Source: Penicillus capitatus (Eukaryota; Plantae; Chlorophyta). From it: 64,000 bases of DNA. The number at the start of each line of letters is the position of its first letter. The stretch's first letter is position 1. The DNA lies in assembly GCA_965649825.1 (NCBI GenBank), contig OZ287697.1, forward strand, positions 1,598,351 to 1,662,350. Direction: 5' to 3'. Positions 27,201 through 40,473 of this stretch are shown one piece after another. The position numbers were made by a program, and so were the translations under genes. The notes below the pieces were generated by a model, which did no database searches, was not told the origin of the DNA, and saw only the letters and a program-made list of their open reading frames with translations.

Positions 27201-29364
27201 GAGAAGGAGGTCTCTCGCCTCGTCACCGGCTTCGTCCAAACCGTCAAAGATCAACAATGTAGTAGACTCGGCCAAGTCGTCCTTGACTTGGGTCCTCGAA
27301 TCCTTGAGTCCGTCATTGCTCGCTTTCTTGAAGCACATGTTCGCAACTACGTCTTCTAGTGTTCCACCTTGTGAGCCTCTTAACTTTGCATTAAGTTCTC
27401 TGAACGGGACCAAGTAAACAGTTTTGAACTCTTGCATTATTTCTCCCAGTGCCCATCTGTGTGCGATGAGCTTGCTGACGCACGTCTTTCCCGAGCCGGG
27501 GTTGCCATAGAGAAGCACCTTTCGGATTTCTTTCTTAGGGGTACCCTTTTCAAAAGATCTTGGTTTGAAGAAGTCTGCTATGGGAACGGGCCTTCTGACT
27601 TTCCTCTTCTGTTCGTAGTGTTCTTTCGAATGATCATTTCCATCGTTAGCGAAGCTTCCCTCTCCCCCGCCTCCTCTTTGCGTGTGTCCCGATGCTTCAT
27701 CGTCGTCGGTCTTTCCCTGTTCGACGATTTCTTCATACATGACAATGTAATGCGTCATGTCTTTCACGTGTCTACGGCTGCTTTGCTCAAACAATGAAGA
27801 CACCTTGAAAACGAACACCATTCTCGTCTAAACAAACCGATACCGAACAGACGCTCACTTTTGCAAATTCCTCGTCTTTGTACGCATCTTTGAGATCTTT
27901 GACGTTAGAACGGATTGTGCTCAAGGGCACGTATCCAACTTCTCTACCACTCTTGGTGAACAAGTCCCCGCCTTCCTTCGTCGTCACTCGACGCCGTCCC
28001 GGTCGTAGCTTGTTTTCGATGGTAGCACCACCGAGCCAAGTACGCAGAGCTTCTTTTCCCGGACTCTTGCAAGATTCCTCTAGTTCTCGGATTGCTTCTA
28101 CGATCTCTTGGTTGCTTTGTCCCGTTGCATAGAGCTCGTATGCAGTATCTAGGAACGCATGGAGGACATCTGCGTCATCGAACCACCCTTCCAAAGTGTC
28201 TTGGCCTTTCGTTAGCTCTATAAGCTTCTTGGTGGCCGCTTCACGCACATCTTCGTTCGAACTCCAAGTTGCCAATAGCTTTATTTCTTGGATGACTCCG
28301 TATCGCAGAGCCTTTTGATCAGTCTTTGGTGCCAATTCGTGTTGCTTTTGCACCGCCATTTTGCATGCGTTCTCAAAGGGTTTAAATTTTGCTTCTCCTC
28401 CGAGTGCCCAATCTCTTGCTACCATCACTTCCCGGAGCAGATCGTACCACTCTCTTCGCTTCACGCCCATAGTATCAAAGGCCTCTCGGGCATTCTTGTA
28501 TGCGGCCATTAAGGAATCAGGATTGACGTCGCATCGTACGAGGTTTCTGAAAATGTGGCAGGCATACAGAAACATCCACAGTCCACATCCGATGTACTTC
28601 GCTAGTACGATGTGTGCCGCATCATCTTCGATCTCGAGGCGTTCCACTGCTTGACGAAGCACTTTGAAGTGAAACCTGACTGGGTAATAATCGCACGACA
28701 GTTCAAGAAGTCTCTCCTTTTCCGCAATGGCCATGCGGAGTTCTTGCTTCTCCTTTTCGTGAGTCCTGTTTTGATAATTTTCGTGGAGCTGAAAGAAGGT
28801 TTGTCTAAGTGCGAGAAAAGTGGGTTCATACTCAGCAAAATTGTCCCTCGTAAGCTTCGGCCTTCCACAGAGACTGTCCAGAAGCTTCGTTGCCACAACC
28901 GCCAATTGTGCACCTCCACCGTAAACTGCAGGACGGACATAGATGAGTGATCTGCACAGGGCAGTGGCGTAGTTCTTTGGGAGGAATTCTCCTTGAGAAA
29001 GAGTGGAGCAGGTATCTGTGACGAGTTTCTTCAGAACATCTTTTTCTTCCTCGAAGCGAACGATGATTTTAGTCATCTCTGAGTAGTCGAGGACATTCTC
29101 GGCCGTCAGATTTTCAGCGGCGTGCTCGCAGAAGCTGCGGATCCATTCAAACAGGACGGCGCGTTCTCCTGCAACCGTCGTCGCATTATACGTTGTGAGC
29201 AGTGCTTTCAGGTTGTCAATGTTGTTCCTCTTTACAGCAGCTCGCAAGAGTCTCGGTTTGTCGGTTTCTCCGACAGTCGAAGGGAAGCGAGCGAGCTGCC
29301 GACGGACTGTCGGTGTGGATGGCTGTCCGTCGCTGGGACCGACGTCTGAGGCCGGTGACTGCAT
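24276..29364 (-). CDS. NLR-like protein: N-terminal helical domain, NACHT NTPase and 13 HEAT repeats (intact paralog 2)
   Basis: ATG 29364 (MQSPASDVGP). Phase-0 55-nt intron 27858-27804, at the same position as in paralog 1. Walker A GNPGSGKT (~27507-27484), LLIFDGLDEA, FPHLTFQEYFAARY. 13 HEAT repeats. The C-terminal cap FVLHTTSSQK...FPGLLEH is shared with paralog 1. Confidence 0.92.
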
Positions 29365-32300
29365 GGTCTCGTTTCCTGGTCTGCGCAGAAAAACGTCGTC
29401 GTTTGTGCGCAGAGTTATCGACAGACGCACCTGCCTTTACCAAAACTTCGCAGCGATGTTCGCAGATGAAAATGGTTCAATAGATGTTTTCGCCATCATC
29501 TGGAAACGCCGATCGCGACGGATTTGACGTGTCTACTCCGATACGACGTCATGACTTCTGTAAAGCAGACGTCTGTAAGAGACGTTCTTCTATGCGTCTT
29601 CCTCTCAGACCAGTGGTAGATGGATGTCGAACACGACAGTGCCTAGATTACATAGAGACACAAATCAGATTTAGTCACGAGTCCTATACACAGAAATCGC
29701 TCAGCAAAATTGAATGGCTAACTGTCGATGGTATTCAGCCAGAATCATCATGCGAATCAGGATTAGCAGGACCGCCATCATAGGATAACAATACGCTGTA
29801 CTTGAACACCGAACCAACCAACTCCCAGAACAGATTCGCCGTTGCACTTGAGTCTACTCATCGCTGTCTTTCTGCAGGTTAGTCTGAAGCATTCTCATGT
29901 CGCCATTGAAGAAACACAGGAAGGTGAGGCAAAGTGTCCAGTTAGGTAGCTTCGCAGATCTCGATCTGATTTACATAAAGACAGCAGCAGACTCACTGAA
30001 TTCATCCTGTGGGAGATGCTCGATTACGAGCATTAGACGGTCACATCATCCATACAGATATCCACTGTATTCTGTTCCAGAGCTATCCCATCTACTGAGT
30101 TTAGCGTTGAATACGATCCCAATTGTTACGGATTCTCGCAGAATAGAGCATCTTTTCTGCTATGCTGGATATAAGGACAGCAGAACGTCTCTTTCGGGAG
30201 CTCCAGAGGTATGTCGTACACATCGCATGGTGTGCCTGAGCTCTCAAACAATCGCTCACTCCATTCGAACACCGCAGACAGATTCTGACCGCTGTTTGAA
30301 CAAAGCATCGACGGTGCAGGCGTGATGTGAGCCGCTCAGTACGCATCCGCGTCAACAGCTCCTTCGGTGAAGACTGTCCATTTGACGCGCTTAGATCTGG
30401 ACCATTAATGAAATGTGGCGTTCGTACGTTTACCGCCCTTCTCTTCTGCCAGTGACAGTTCCACGGCGTCCAGCGTCGTTTCGTGCGATGTCTGGCGATG
30501 CAGCCACGCTCGGAGTGTCCGATGATCCCGTCGTGCAGTTGAATGTCGAGCATCGCGATTTGTGGACCGAACAGAACTGGCCTCTCGGCAGCGTCATCGC
30601 GATTTTGTCTGCACGCGTGCTAGATGCCAAAGCTTTAGGTCACCTTATGCAGACAAGATGCAACCGGACTTGAGATCCTCGTGGCGTCATGATTCTGCAT
30701 TTGGCTGACGAGGATCTCCAACCATTTGCATTTTCATACAGCACCGATCTCGTCTGATGACACGAGTGAGATGCTTGATGTGCGTGTTCCGCATTCCGAT
30801 CTCCATCGATGATTCTCCTCCAGACAGTATACACTTGAATTATCATCTCCCTTCTGTTCTCTGGGATCACGTGCTCGCTGTTGGCAGCTTGCCTTAGGTC
30901 TAAGTCGTGATATGGAGTGCGTTCGAAGACGGTCTCTAAAGCAGTCTTTTAAATCCGTCACATCAACATGAAGCAATCTGTACGACATGATACGTTTGGC
31001 ACAGTACACGCGAGTTGTGAGTGCACTTCTTTTCCACACGACGTATAGTATTCTTTGCCCTTGTCTTTAGACGCAGCGCACAGTACGTGATGCAAGCGTA
31101 TAGATTTGATAGGACAGCTGTATGCGCGGCTGAAACGGTGACATCACCGAAGTTTACCGAGTATGCTTCGCCGGAGTGTCATCGAAGACGGACTCGTTCT
31201 GCGACGCTCATGCCACGAAGGGACGTCGGACCGAGAATAGAGCCTGTAGCCATGTGGGTAGGTCATTTATCCGCCACGCGTTGTTAGATCGGTCGGCACA
31301 TGTGGCGCCAAATGGCAGATGCCACTCTTAGCGGAAAGAGAGGATGAAGAATGCAAGAGAGATGAAGCGAATCGCATAGACGATGTCGTCCTAGCTGTCC
31401 AACGTATCCCTCAAGCTTGATGAGCCAAATGCAGCCATTCAGACATCAAAACAGGTAGGTGCATTGGTGACACTAATGTCAGAGAATGGTGCACATCTCA
31501 CATCCGTAACCCCAAGCCCATTGAACATGAATGCTTTAGACGAGCCGTGAACTCCAGCTTAACGGTAAGTGGTCTTTTCGGAAACAATGCGTTGTTCAGC
31601 TGCAACTCGCTGTCAACATGACAAGATGTAAAAAGACTAAGAATGGACTGGATGTGTGTAAGAGAAATTTGATGCACTAGAAGAAACACTATGTGCAGAG
31701 ACTCGCTAGTATTCCTGTTGTGCACATAGTTAAAAATAGCTTTAATGCTAAGGTGAACCAGATAGTTAGTTGACCACGTCGACCAGGAAGGTGTGCCATG
31801 CGCCTCGATCGGCATCGTAAGCATGTTCTCCAAATCAAGCAGTGAGAAGCGGTGTTGCACTCGCGTGGTCTGTCGCATGACTCAAATCGCCACTGGCGAT
31901 CTGACCGCGGTTCCGATGAAAGGAAGGAAAGCTGTGGTCGATATCTAAGAGAAGCCTCGTTCTCTACCTGCATTTATGGCATCCGTTAGCAGTGCGTTCC
32001 GTACGCACTGAGGTGAGGCGTCTTCTACTGTAAAAAGATAAAGTGGATCATCATGGGTTCACGGATCCGGCGAGACGGCGACTGGAGCAGCTGGTCGAAA
32101 GCAGCAGTGGGTGTCTTAGAGCGACACACCGCCGTCGTCGGTGCAGTTTATGATGATTTGTCGACCGTTCTCGAAACACTCTAAGATAGCGCTAAATAGC
32201 GAAACCGCAAAACTGGACACCATTCATCGGCTTAAAACAACGGCGCATATTTCGGATCGGTCTTTGCTGTCATCCGACATGTCGCAGATTAGGCACCGGC

Positions 32301-32678
32301 TCGGCGAAATGGCGAAGGTGGGATTCGTGTGCACAGAAACCGAATATGCGCGATATTAAACCTCCCAGTTGAGTGCGAGATCTTCTTGTTTGGGCTTCAG
32401 ACGATAAAACTAAGGTCATAACACGCAAGCCACCTCGTGACACTGACAATGTTCACAGGAATATTACGCTGCAGACATCTAAAGCAATCATCTCCACTCG
32501 GGCAGCTTACTAAGAGTCTCTTCTAGGCAAACGGCAAGCTTCTGCTTATGCAAGACCGCAAGGTGGCGGTATAAAAGAGGGAATGAAAAGATTTGAGGCA
32601 TTGCGGCCAAAAAAAGCACGGCACTTCACTGTATTGTTTGTTTTGAAACCAAAGAGGTATGCTTTTGGTGCGGAACAG

Positions 32679-35600
32679 TCACACGCCAGAAGAGAGACTC
32701 GAAAGATCGTCGTACTTGCCGAATCCCACAGAATGGACCAACCACTGGACATTGGTGTGCATCCAGATCATCAGGACGCGCAATGATCCGGCATTAGCTT
32801 CAACGTGCCTTCCGCATTCATTCATAAGGAGCCTTGCGTAGTCCATCGAGTAGCGCAAAAGAAAAGAGAGAAGACCGAGAAAGGTGGAGATGTTCAGCAC
32901 GACACAGATGCTTGAGAGTGTCAAGCCACGCCAGTCGTCGGACAGATGGTCACTCTTCAGCATACTGGCAATCATGATCGTCAGGTGCGAGACGAAGAGG
33001 GCGGATAGGTCAATTCTGTTCAGGACACTGAAGTCCTCTCTGTAGGGCATCACCACAATCTGCAATCCCATCGCCATCGTGATGAAAACAGCAGCACAGG
33101 TGATGGGAAACAGACTGTCGAAGCGGTGGGCACAGAATACCAGAAAGGCAAGGATCGCCTTTCTCAGCACGATGACAACCTCCCAGTAGCGCCGCCATCC
33201 GGTTCCATAGCCGCGATACAGAAATCCTGTGGTTCGGTAGACCCAGCTGTCGGTCTGATCTTCTGGCTCTGCGGCCAAGGCAAGGACGGAGATGAAGAAA
33301 ATGAGAAGTCCGCCATAGACGACACTCACGAACGAAACAATCCAGATCACCAGCTTCAGGTGATCGCCTTCAAAGCATCTCAGACTGGTGTCCACTGCCC
33401 AGTAGCTGATCTCTTCGACTTCCTCTGTGGCGCCCATGAAGTTGTATGCGTTGACGCAGAGGAGAACGCTGAGGGTTGTCTTGATCACAGGGACGGAAGT
33501 GATATACCACAGTGCCACGAGTGAAAGCAACGATCTCTGCGCGATGTAACGGAGTGGCCGTTGGACTTGATGTATGAGGGCTATTGACATCCAGAACGCA
33601 ACGAGCAGCAGGAATACCGTAACGGGAACGAGAGAGACGCTCACGATCGCAGCCCACACGGTCGGGTGAAGGAACTGATTAGCTTTGCTCAGACAAACAA
33701 CAGAGCGACGAATGCTCTCTACGGCGAGCCCGCCGAAGAACTCTGCACAGCACACAACGATGAGGTGATGCGGTTGGTTGCCATCGACAGCCGAGAACCT
33801 GCTATCTGTCCCACGATGAGAACAGGAAATGCCCACCCGACGTTTAGAGATGCAATCAGTACCGTCACTTGAATGTAGTTCAGTGTTATCTGTCATTCTA
33901 GTCATCGCTAAAGAAATGAAGGTGCAAGATTGTCATACCTTGAACATCTCGATCGCCTTCCATTGTGCCATGGTCGTTTCGCTAACGTGCCGCCTTTCGG
34001 CGAGTTCGTTAGTTCCGTGGATCTCGTGCGATCCTGACGCTTGCATCTCCGGCAATTCTGTTCTACTTGACTGGGAAAGAACTTTAAGTCTGACACTGTG
34101 AGAGATCTTTCTGCGACCAGACAGCATCATTCGTCTGCCGCTTGGAGTGCTCAGAGTCCCTCTCATCGTAATGCCGGACAATCCAAGCAAGATCACGGTT
34201 GAAGCGCAGATCACCATGACATTGCTGATTGCTGCAGGGCACTCCTGGCATTTGGAAGACAGGGAGCTTCCATGCGACTTCTTGCAAGATCCACAGAGCG
34301 GTCCTGCATAACCCTGAAAGCATAATGGCCATAGAAGTCGCCGTCCACAGGCAAACACGGTACTAACCTCGCTGCACTGAGCTTCTGTGTAGTTCTTGAT
34401 GAAGGTCGCACTAAAGTCGCAGGATTCCACATTGTTTGTGAGTTCTTCCAATGCATGCTGGCGGTTGTCCGTATCACAGGCGTCCGTCGAAAGGCATTTC
34501 TGGATGTGTGTTGAGCAAGGGGTCGGATGCCAGTAGCCGCGGTCGGGTAGGATGACTCTGGTGGTGCAGATCCCGTTGACGGGGCACTCCTTGCACGACT
34601 GATCTTCGTCTGGATTGAAACTGTAGGTAGTCGTACTGCAGGGCTCGCAAAACACTCCATTTGCGGAGAGCACTTCGCCCACGATACATCCGCGTACATA
34701 CACCGCAATCTCAAAGACCTCGATATCTCCCCCCCTAAATTCGACGAGAACCGTATACTCGCCAGGCAGTGCAAACGGAGTGACGGTAAGAGTTGCAGGA
34801 TCTGACTCCAGAAGAACGCTTATTCTTCCATCGAACAAGCCATCCGGGGAAAACATCGTGGCTGTGATCTCTTTGCCGTCCAGTCCAACCGCAGGACATT
34901 GACCGAGGTCGTCCACAGCCATCAGGGAGAAAACGGATAGTGGCGCGCCACTCTTGTGATCAAGCATCTCATAGTAGTTTTCTTTTATCGACACCTCCGT
35001 TGCCCACTGCTCACTACTGATCTTTTTCTGAACATCCGTAGCACAGGAGGCGATGTCCTCACCGTATCGACTGGCAGAGTTGTTTCTCCACGTGAGACAG
35101 ATGTCTTCAGTAGATATGACAGTGATCATGGATTTCCACTGCTTCTTGGAATAGAAGTTCATCTCTCGGTTTGTCTGCTTGGTGGAACAGATAATTCGAA
35201 TGATGGCCACTCTGTCAACGAAAACGGCTCCTCCTGCAGCACTCGCAACGTTGTCGGAGAACGAGGTGTTCTCCAAAGCCAAGACTCCACAACTCTCTTT
35301 TCCCACTGCACAGTCTGGTGGAGGAGATCCATCTTCTTTGATGACTTGCACACCGCCTACATATGCCATCATGTGGTTGACGTCTCCATTGATCAGAGAT
35401 ACTTCCGAAGGTGGCTGAATTGTTCTGTACAGTGCTTCCTACCAATTGAACAGCGACCGAATGTGCATCAACATACTCAAAGTAGACAGATCCTCCACGC
35501 CGTGCACTGTTGTCTTTTAGCACACAATCTATGCACAGAAATCTGGAGGAATTGACACCCCAAATGGCACCTCCGTCGCCGTCCGCTTCGCACTGTGATA

Positions 35601-38600
35601 TCCTCAGATGTCTCGCTTTGAAGTCAGACTTGATCAGAGCAACAGCACCAGCCTCAGCAGATGTACCAGAGGTCATGGAAGAGTTCTCGATGACAACAGA
35701 ACTCCCCTCCTCGGAAAAGATAAAGCCTCCTTGCAGAGATGCCTTCATGGTACCAAATTCTGAATCGGTGATGTTCAGTGACGACTCTGAGACGAAGAAT
35801 CCTCCGCCCTTCTCAGCACCGCCTCCAGAGAAGTGGCTTCTTGCAATTCTCAGTCTTGATCTTCGCACGTGACCGTCTCCGCCTATGGCGGCAGAGTTGT
35901 CAACGAAGGTGACGTTGATCAGAGATCTCCAGTGGTGTTCAATCTAACATCCATCGCTCCACCGGACTGGGCAGAGTTGTTCTTCACAGTTGAATCTTCA
36001 AGGTGCACCACACTACCTAACATGCAGGAAAGGCCTCCTCCATTGTCAGCAGCGCGATTTCCTTCAATGCTCGAATTGATGAGCTGCAAACTTGATCCTT
36101 CTTTTATGTACAGTCCACCGCTATCCTTTGAAGCGCTACAGTTCTGAAAGGATGTCCTCCAGAACGTGAGATTCGCTTCTGTGGCACTCGCACATCCACC
36201 CTCTTGTGCAGAGCCATACATCAGATCAGACTCCGTGATGTTGAGGACGTCCCTCCAAGAAAACAACAGGCCACCATTCTCTGCACTGCTGTTTCGCAGC
36301 AGGCAGTGATTCAGGTTGAGAACAGACTCTTCAGAAAAAAGAGATCCACCGCTGCTGATGGCCCAATTGTTGACGAATGTGACATTGGAGAAGACGCTCG
36401 CCACATTCCTTTGCTGACATATTGCTCCAGCATATCTGGCTGAGTTTTCTTTGAACAGAGAGTTGGATAAATGTAATGTATTGTTCATGCCGTAGATCGC
36501 GCCGCCCCTTTCGCTTGCCTCATTCTTCTTCACGATCAGCATATCTCCTGTGACTGTTGCGGTATCCAAGGCTAGAAAAGCACCATGGGACGCGTTATTC
36601 GATACGAAGCTGGAGTGAGCGATGATCGCCGTGGCTGAATTAATCATACTCACAGCACCTCCAGATGCAGAGGCTTGACATCCGTGCATTGTCGCGTTGT
36701 GAATGGTGATATTTCCTCCTCTGTTATAGAGACATCCACCCCACTTTGCATTGCTGTCCTTGAGCATCGAATGGCTGATGTTCACGTATGGAGCATCAGA
36801 CAAGAATAGCAGTCCTCCTGAATCTGCCGTGCCATTCTCGAAAACGCATTCCTGAATACTGGCCCACGATTGCTCGATATGCAACGAGCCTCCACTCTGA
36901 AAGGCGGAGTTGTTTGTGAACGTGGTGTTGAGAAAGTCGCCTCTCGTTCTTTGCAAGTTCGTTGCCCCACCATAGGTGGCCAGATTGTTCTTTACGATGG
37001 AATCTTGGACGACCAGGCTTGAATTGATCAAGTATCCTCCACCTCCGTGAGGAGCAACGTTGCTCTCCAGAATCGACTCATTTGCTCTGATCGTGGAAGA
37101 CTTCATGTAAAGACTGCCTCCATACTCGTCTGCATGATTTTCCTTCAGGTTGCAACTCTGTCCAATGATTCTAGTATGAACTGCGTACAATCCTCCTCCA
37201 AGGACGATGGCTGTGTTTCTGAGAATGTCAACAGTATTGAGGAGAACCTCTGATGAGCCAAGATTCATAGCTCCGCCATTTCTTCGAGCATTGCAATCTT
37301 AAAAGATCGATCGCTGGAAAGAGAACGAACTGTTATCTGCATCGAGACAACCACCATATGACGCCGAGCCATTTCTGAAGTCTGTGTCGGTTACAGTCAT
37401 TTTGCTGAATGCTGGTGCATGAATGAATCCTCCCCATGAGGCACTGCAACTTGAAAAGAGGCAGTGTTTGAGCTTGACATTTGATTCCTCAGCATAAATT
37501 GCACCTCCAGATTTAGAAGCCGCACTGTTGTTGAACTGGCAGTCAGTGAATGCCCCAAAAGAGTTCCACTTAAGGGAAATCGCAGCTCCATGCTTCGCGA
37601 CGCCCTGGGAATAGACCGAGGACTTGTCCACGATGCTGCTGTTATTCCAGCCCGCAATTCCTCCACCTTCATCACTGGCGCTGTTGTTGATGATGTTGTT
37701 GCGCCACAAGCGAACTTTCGATCTTTCAGCGCTGATAAAACCGCCACTATTGCTGGCATCAAGGTAAGTGACAGAGGTTTTTTTCGAAAGAACTCGCGAA
37801 AACAATGCGGAGATTCCTGCACCGTATTCTGCGTTGCCTTTTTTGAAGCGGCATCCGTGACTAGACAATCTGGAACTGTTAATTAGAAAGGACCCTCCTC
37901 TCGATGACGCGGAGTTCTTGATGAACGATGTGTCTAGGGCTTTCCCGATTGATTGACTGTCAAGGAAAGCGACGCCGCCATTCCGAGCTTCGTTGTTAGA
38001 CAAGGTCGATCGAATCAACTCAATCGTGCTCGATGATTGGAGATGGAAGCAGCCGCCATCATGTCCTGCGGTATTCGCCTCGAAGGAGGAATCCACAATG
38101 CCGATTTGAGATTCAAGTGCCATCAGTACCCCAGCCGATCTGTGGGCTTGATTGGAGGAAAAGTTACATGACTGGATGGACACAGAGCTGGAAATAAGAT
38201 GAATGACTGCAGCCTGCTTCGCCTTGTTCTCTTCGAAAGCGCAGTTACTGATGGTCAAGTTCGATCTCTGTGCAGTAATGGCACATCCTCTTTGAGCTCT
38301 ATTCTTGAGAAACTGGGAGTTCTTGACGAGGACAGTGGCATTCATCAGATGAATGCAAGATGTGTCATCACTTCCACTCGGACCAACGATTTCATTCTCT
38401 GCGAATGTGGAGTCTGACACATTCAGCGTGCCTCTGTCAACATAAAGAATGGGACAGTCATTCTCAGCGGCACTCATGCGCTTAATCCAGCACGTTGACT
38501 GAGGACCTGCATAGAACACCGTGGAGTCGACAGTTCTTGCAGAAGCCTCTCGGACATGCTGAACACGGACATGGCGCAGTCGGTTCTGACTGGACAGAAT

Positions 38601-39553
38601 GACACCGCATCGACCACTGCATGTGTTGTTCTTAAAACGGAAATCATTCAGCTCAAGCATGGAACAAGATGGGGCGTTCATTCTGAGTCCTGCTCCTCCG
38701 ACCAGAACGTTTCTTTCGAAGCTGACATGGTGAAGACGGACGGTCTCTTCGATGGAAGTCGACAGCGGACATCCTTCGACCTCTACAATGGCTCCATTTT
38801 CGGTTGTGCTGTCGAAGATGCAGTCTTCGAAGACGAGATTGGCCAGCAAAAAACCCTTAGACCTGAACAGAGAACAGAGCACATAACGCAAGAACGTAAG
38901 CGACGTTTGACAGTCACCTCACGAGGAAGACGCCTTCTCCTTCTCTTGGGCACGTGAACGGTGTCTTGGTTCGAGACTGTGGGTAGAGACCGTCGGCGCG
39001 TTGCGTTTCTTCTGTCGCCGCGCTGATCGTCAGGTTCCATGGGATGATGACTCTGGCCGCGGGGCGTACGACTCCACTGACGTCGAAAATCAAAGTGTCT
39101 CCTTCTGCCGTACAGTTGACGATGACTTGCAAGTCACTGTCAATCGCATCGAGAACGCCGTCGCCAATGCGCCAAGTACGTGTCTCGGCGTCGAGGTAGT
39201 CCTGGACTTGGCTTCTCCCCAAAGAGCATTCGTCAACTAAGCAGACACAGCAAGACACAGGTCAGCGTCTTTGGCAGAAGCGGCGCTCAGAGTGACATAC
39301 CTCCGCCACGGTTTGTCTCTTCTGCGCTATCGTCTGTCTGGGACAGCTGTCGTGTCTGTCCGACCCGTGCCTCATACATCGTGGCGAATTGCACTCGGAC
39401 TTGGTGTTGGCGGCCGCTTAAAAGCGATTCCCTTTCAGCTTCCGTTGCGGATTTCTTCCCTCGCAAAATCGTGGCCGACTGTTCGGCGCCGATACATGGA
39501 GGGAGAAAATAGGCAACGCTAATACAAAGCGAGAACCAGACCAAGACAGACAT
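32679..39553 (-). pseudogene. Pmp-like beta-helix / Cys-rich / multi-pass membrane protein, paralog 3, with a premature stop and a frameshift
   Basis: Same six intron positions as paralog 2 (39300-39237, 38917-38863, 35402-35357, 34367-34314, 33938-33890, 33798-33743). In-frame TAA at 37301-37299 (RSIF*DCNARRNGGAMNLG). Frameshift near 35925-35915 between TTGDL and INVTFVDNSAAIGG. Confidence 0.82.
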
Positions 39554-40473
39554 GTAGGTGTGATAACAAGCTAGTCCGTCGCGTCGTCGCTGAACTTCCA
39601 CCTTTTATATCTTAAACGGTCGAGGCCACATTCCGCGAAGCGCGCCTGTCACGTCACCACTTTGCAGGTTGCTTCCTTCTAGAAGACGAGAAATCTGAAA
39701 GCCGCGCCCTCTCGGCTGCTCGACAGTCTCGGCGATTCGACATCTTGTGACTCGGTGTTGTCCGAGAGGTCGAGTGGAAAACTTTTTGACTTCTACGTCG
39801 AGTGAGCTGTCGATTCCCGTCACGTCTACCCACACCAGTCGTATAGAATTTGGCGTCGCTGGGAACCTGTCTGAATGTCTCGTTATTCTCCATTCCGGAC
39901 AGACAGTGACACGCGGTCCCTTCGTCGACAGTAGGTCGGAGTGAAACCCAGCTGCGAAGACTGTTCGTCTCGCCGGCCACTCGAGACCATTACGTAAACC
40001 CCGCTCTACCTTACTAAAGAGAAATGCTGTCTGACAGTATCCCAGCGATGGCGCCAGCAGAGAGCGCAATGCCCATCGTGTTTGCGAAGACGCTCTCCCT
40101 TGTTTGCCTACACGACGCAAGCTGCTCATAAGTAACAATCTCCGTACGTTAGGGGCGTCGATGATAAGAGCGATTCATCACTTTAGATATAACGTCGCCT
40201 GATTTGATGAGCAAACAGAGGAGAACGAACGCACAACCGTCGGCTCTGACTTGAAGAGGCCTCTCCTTTCTGACAGATGAGCGATGTCGAAGCGTCGACA
40301 CGTCAATCAATGCCCCAATTATCGCTGGACGACACAATTCAAATGACGTCGAATTAAACCTGCGGCAGATCTGTACAGATAACTCACAAGGTACTGTTTC
40401 AAGTAGGAAAGGGACCTATTCCAAGACTCAACTGCAAGGAATGCTAACAGATAAAGAACAGTGTAATACAATT

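Noticed and set aside
29500-32600. Possible decayed gene fragments between NACHT-HEAT 2 and paralog 3
   Set aside because: The frames are broken by many stops, and I could not align them convincingly to any family in the window.
37299-37301. TAA read as Gln (alternative nuclear code of some ulvophytes)
   Set aside because: Only one in-frame TAA occurs in more than 30 kb of coding sequence, and other genes here terminate with TAA or TAG.
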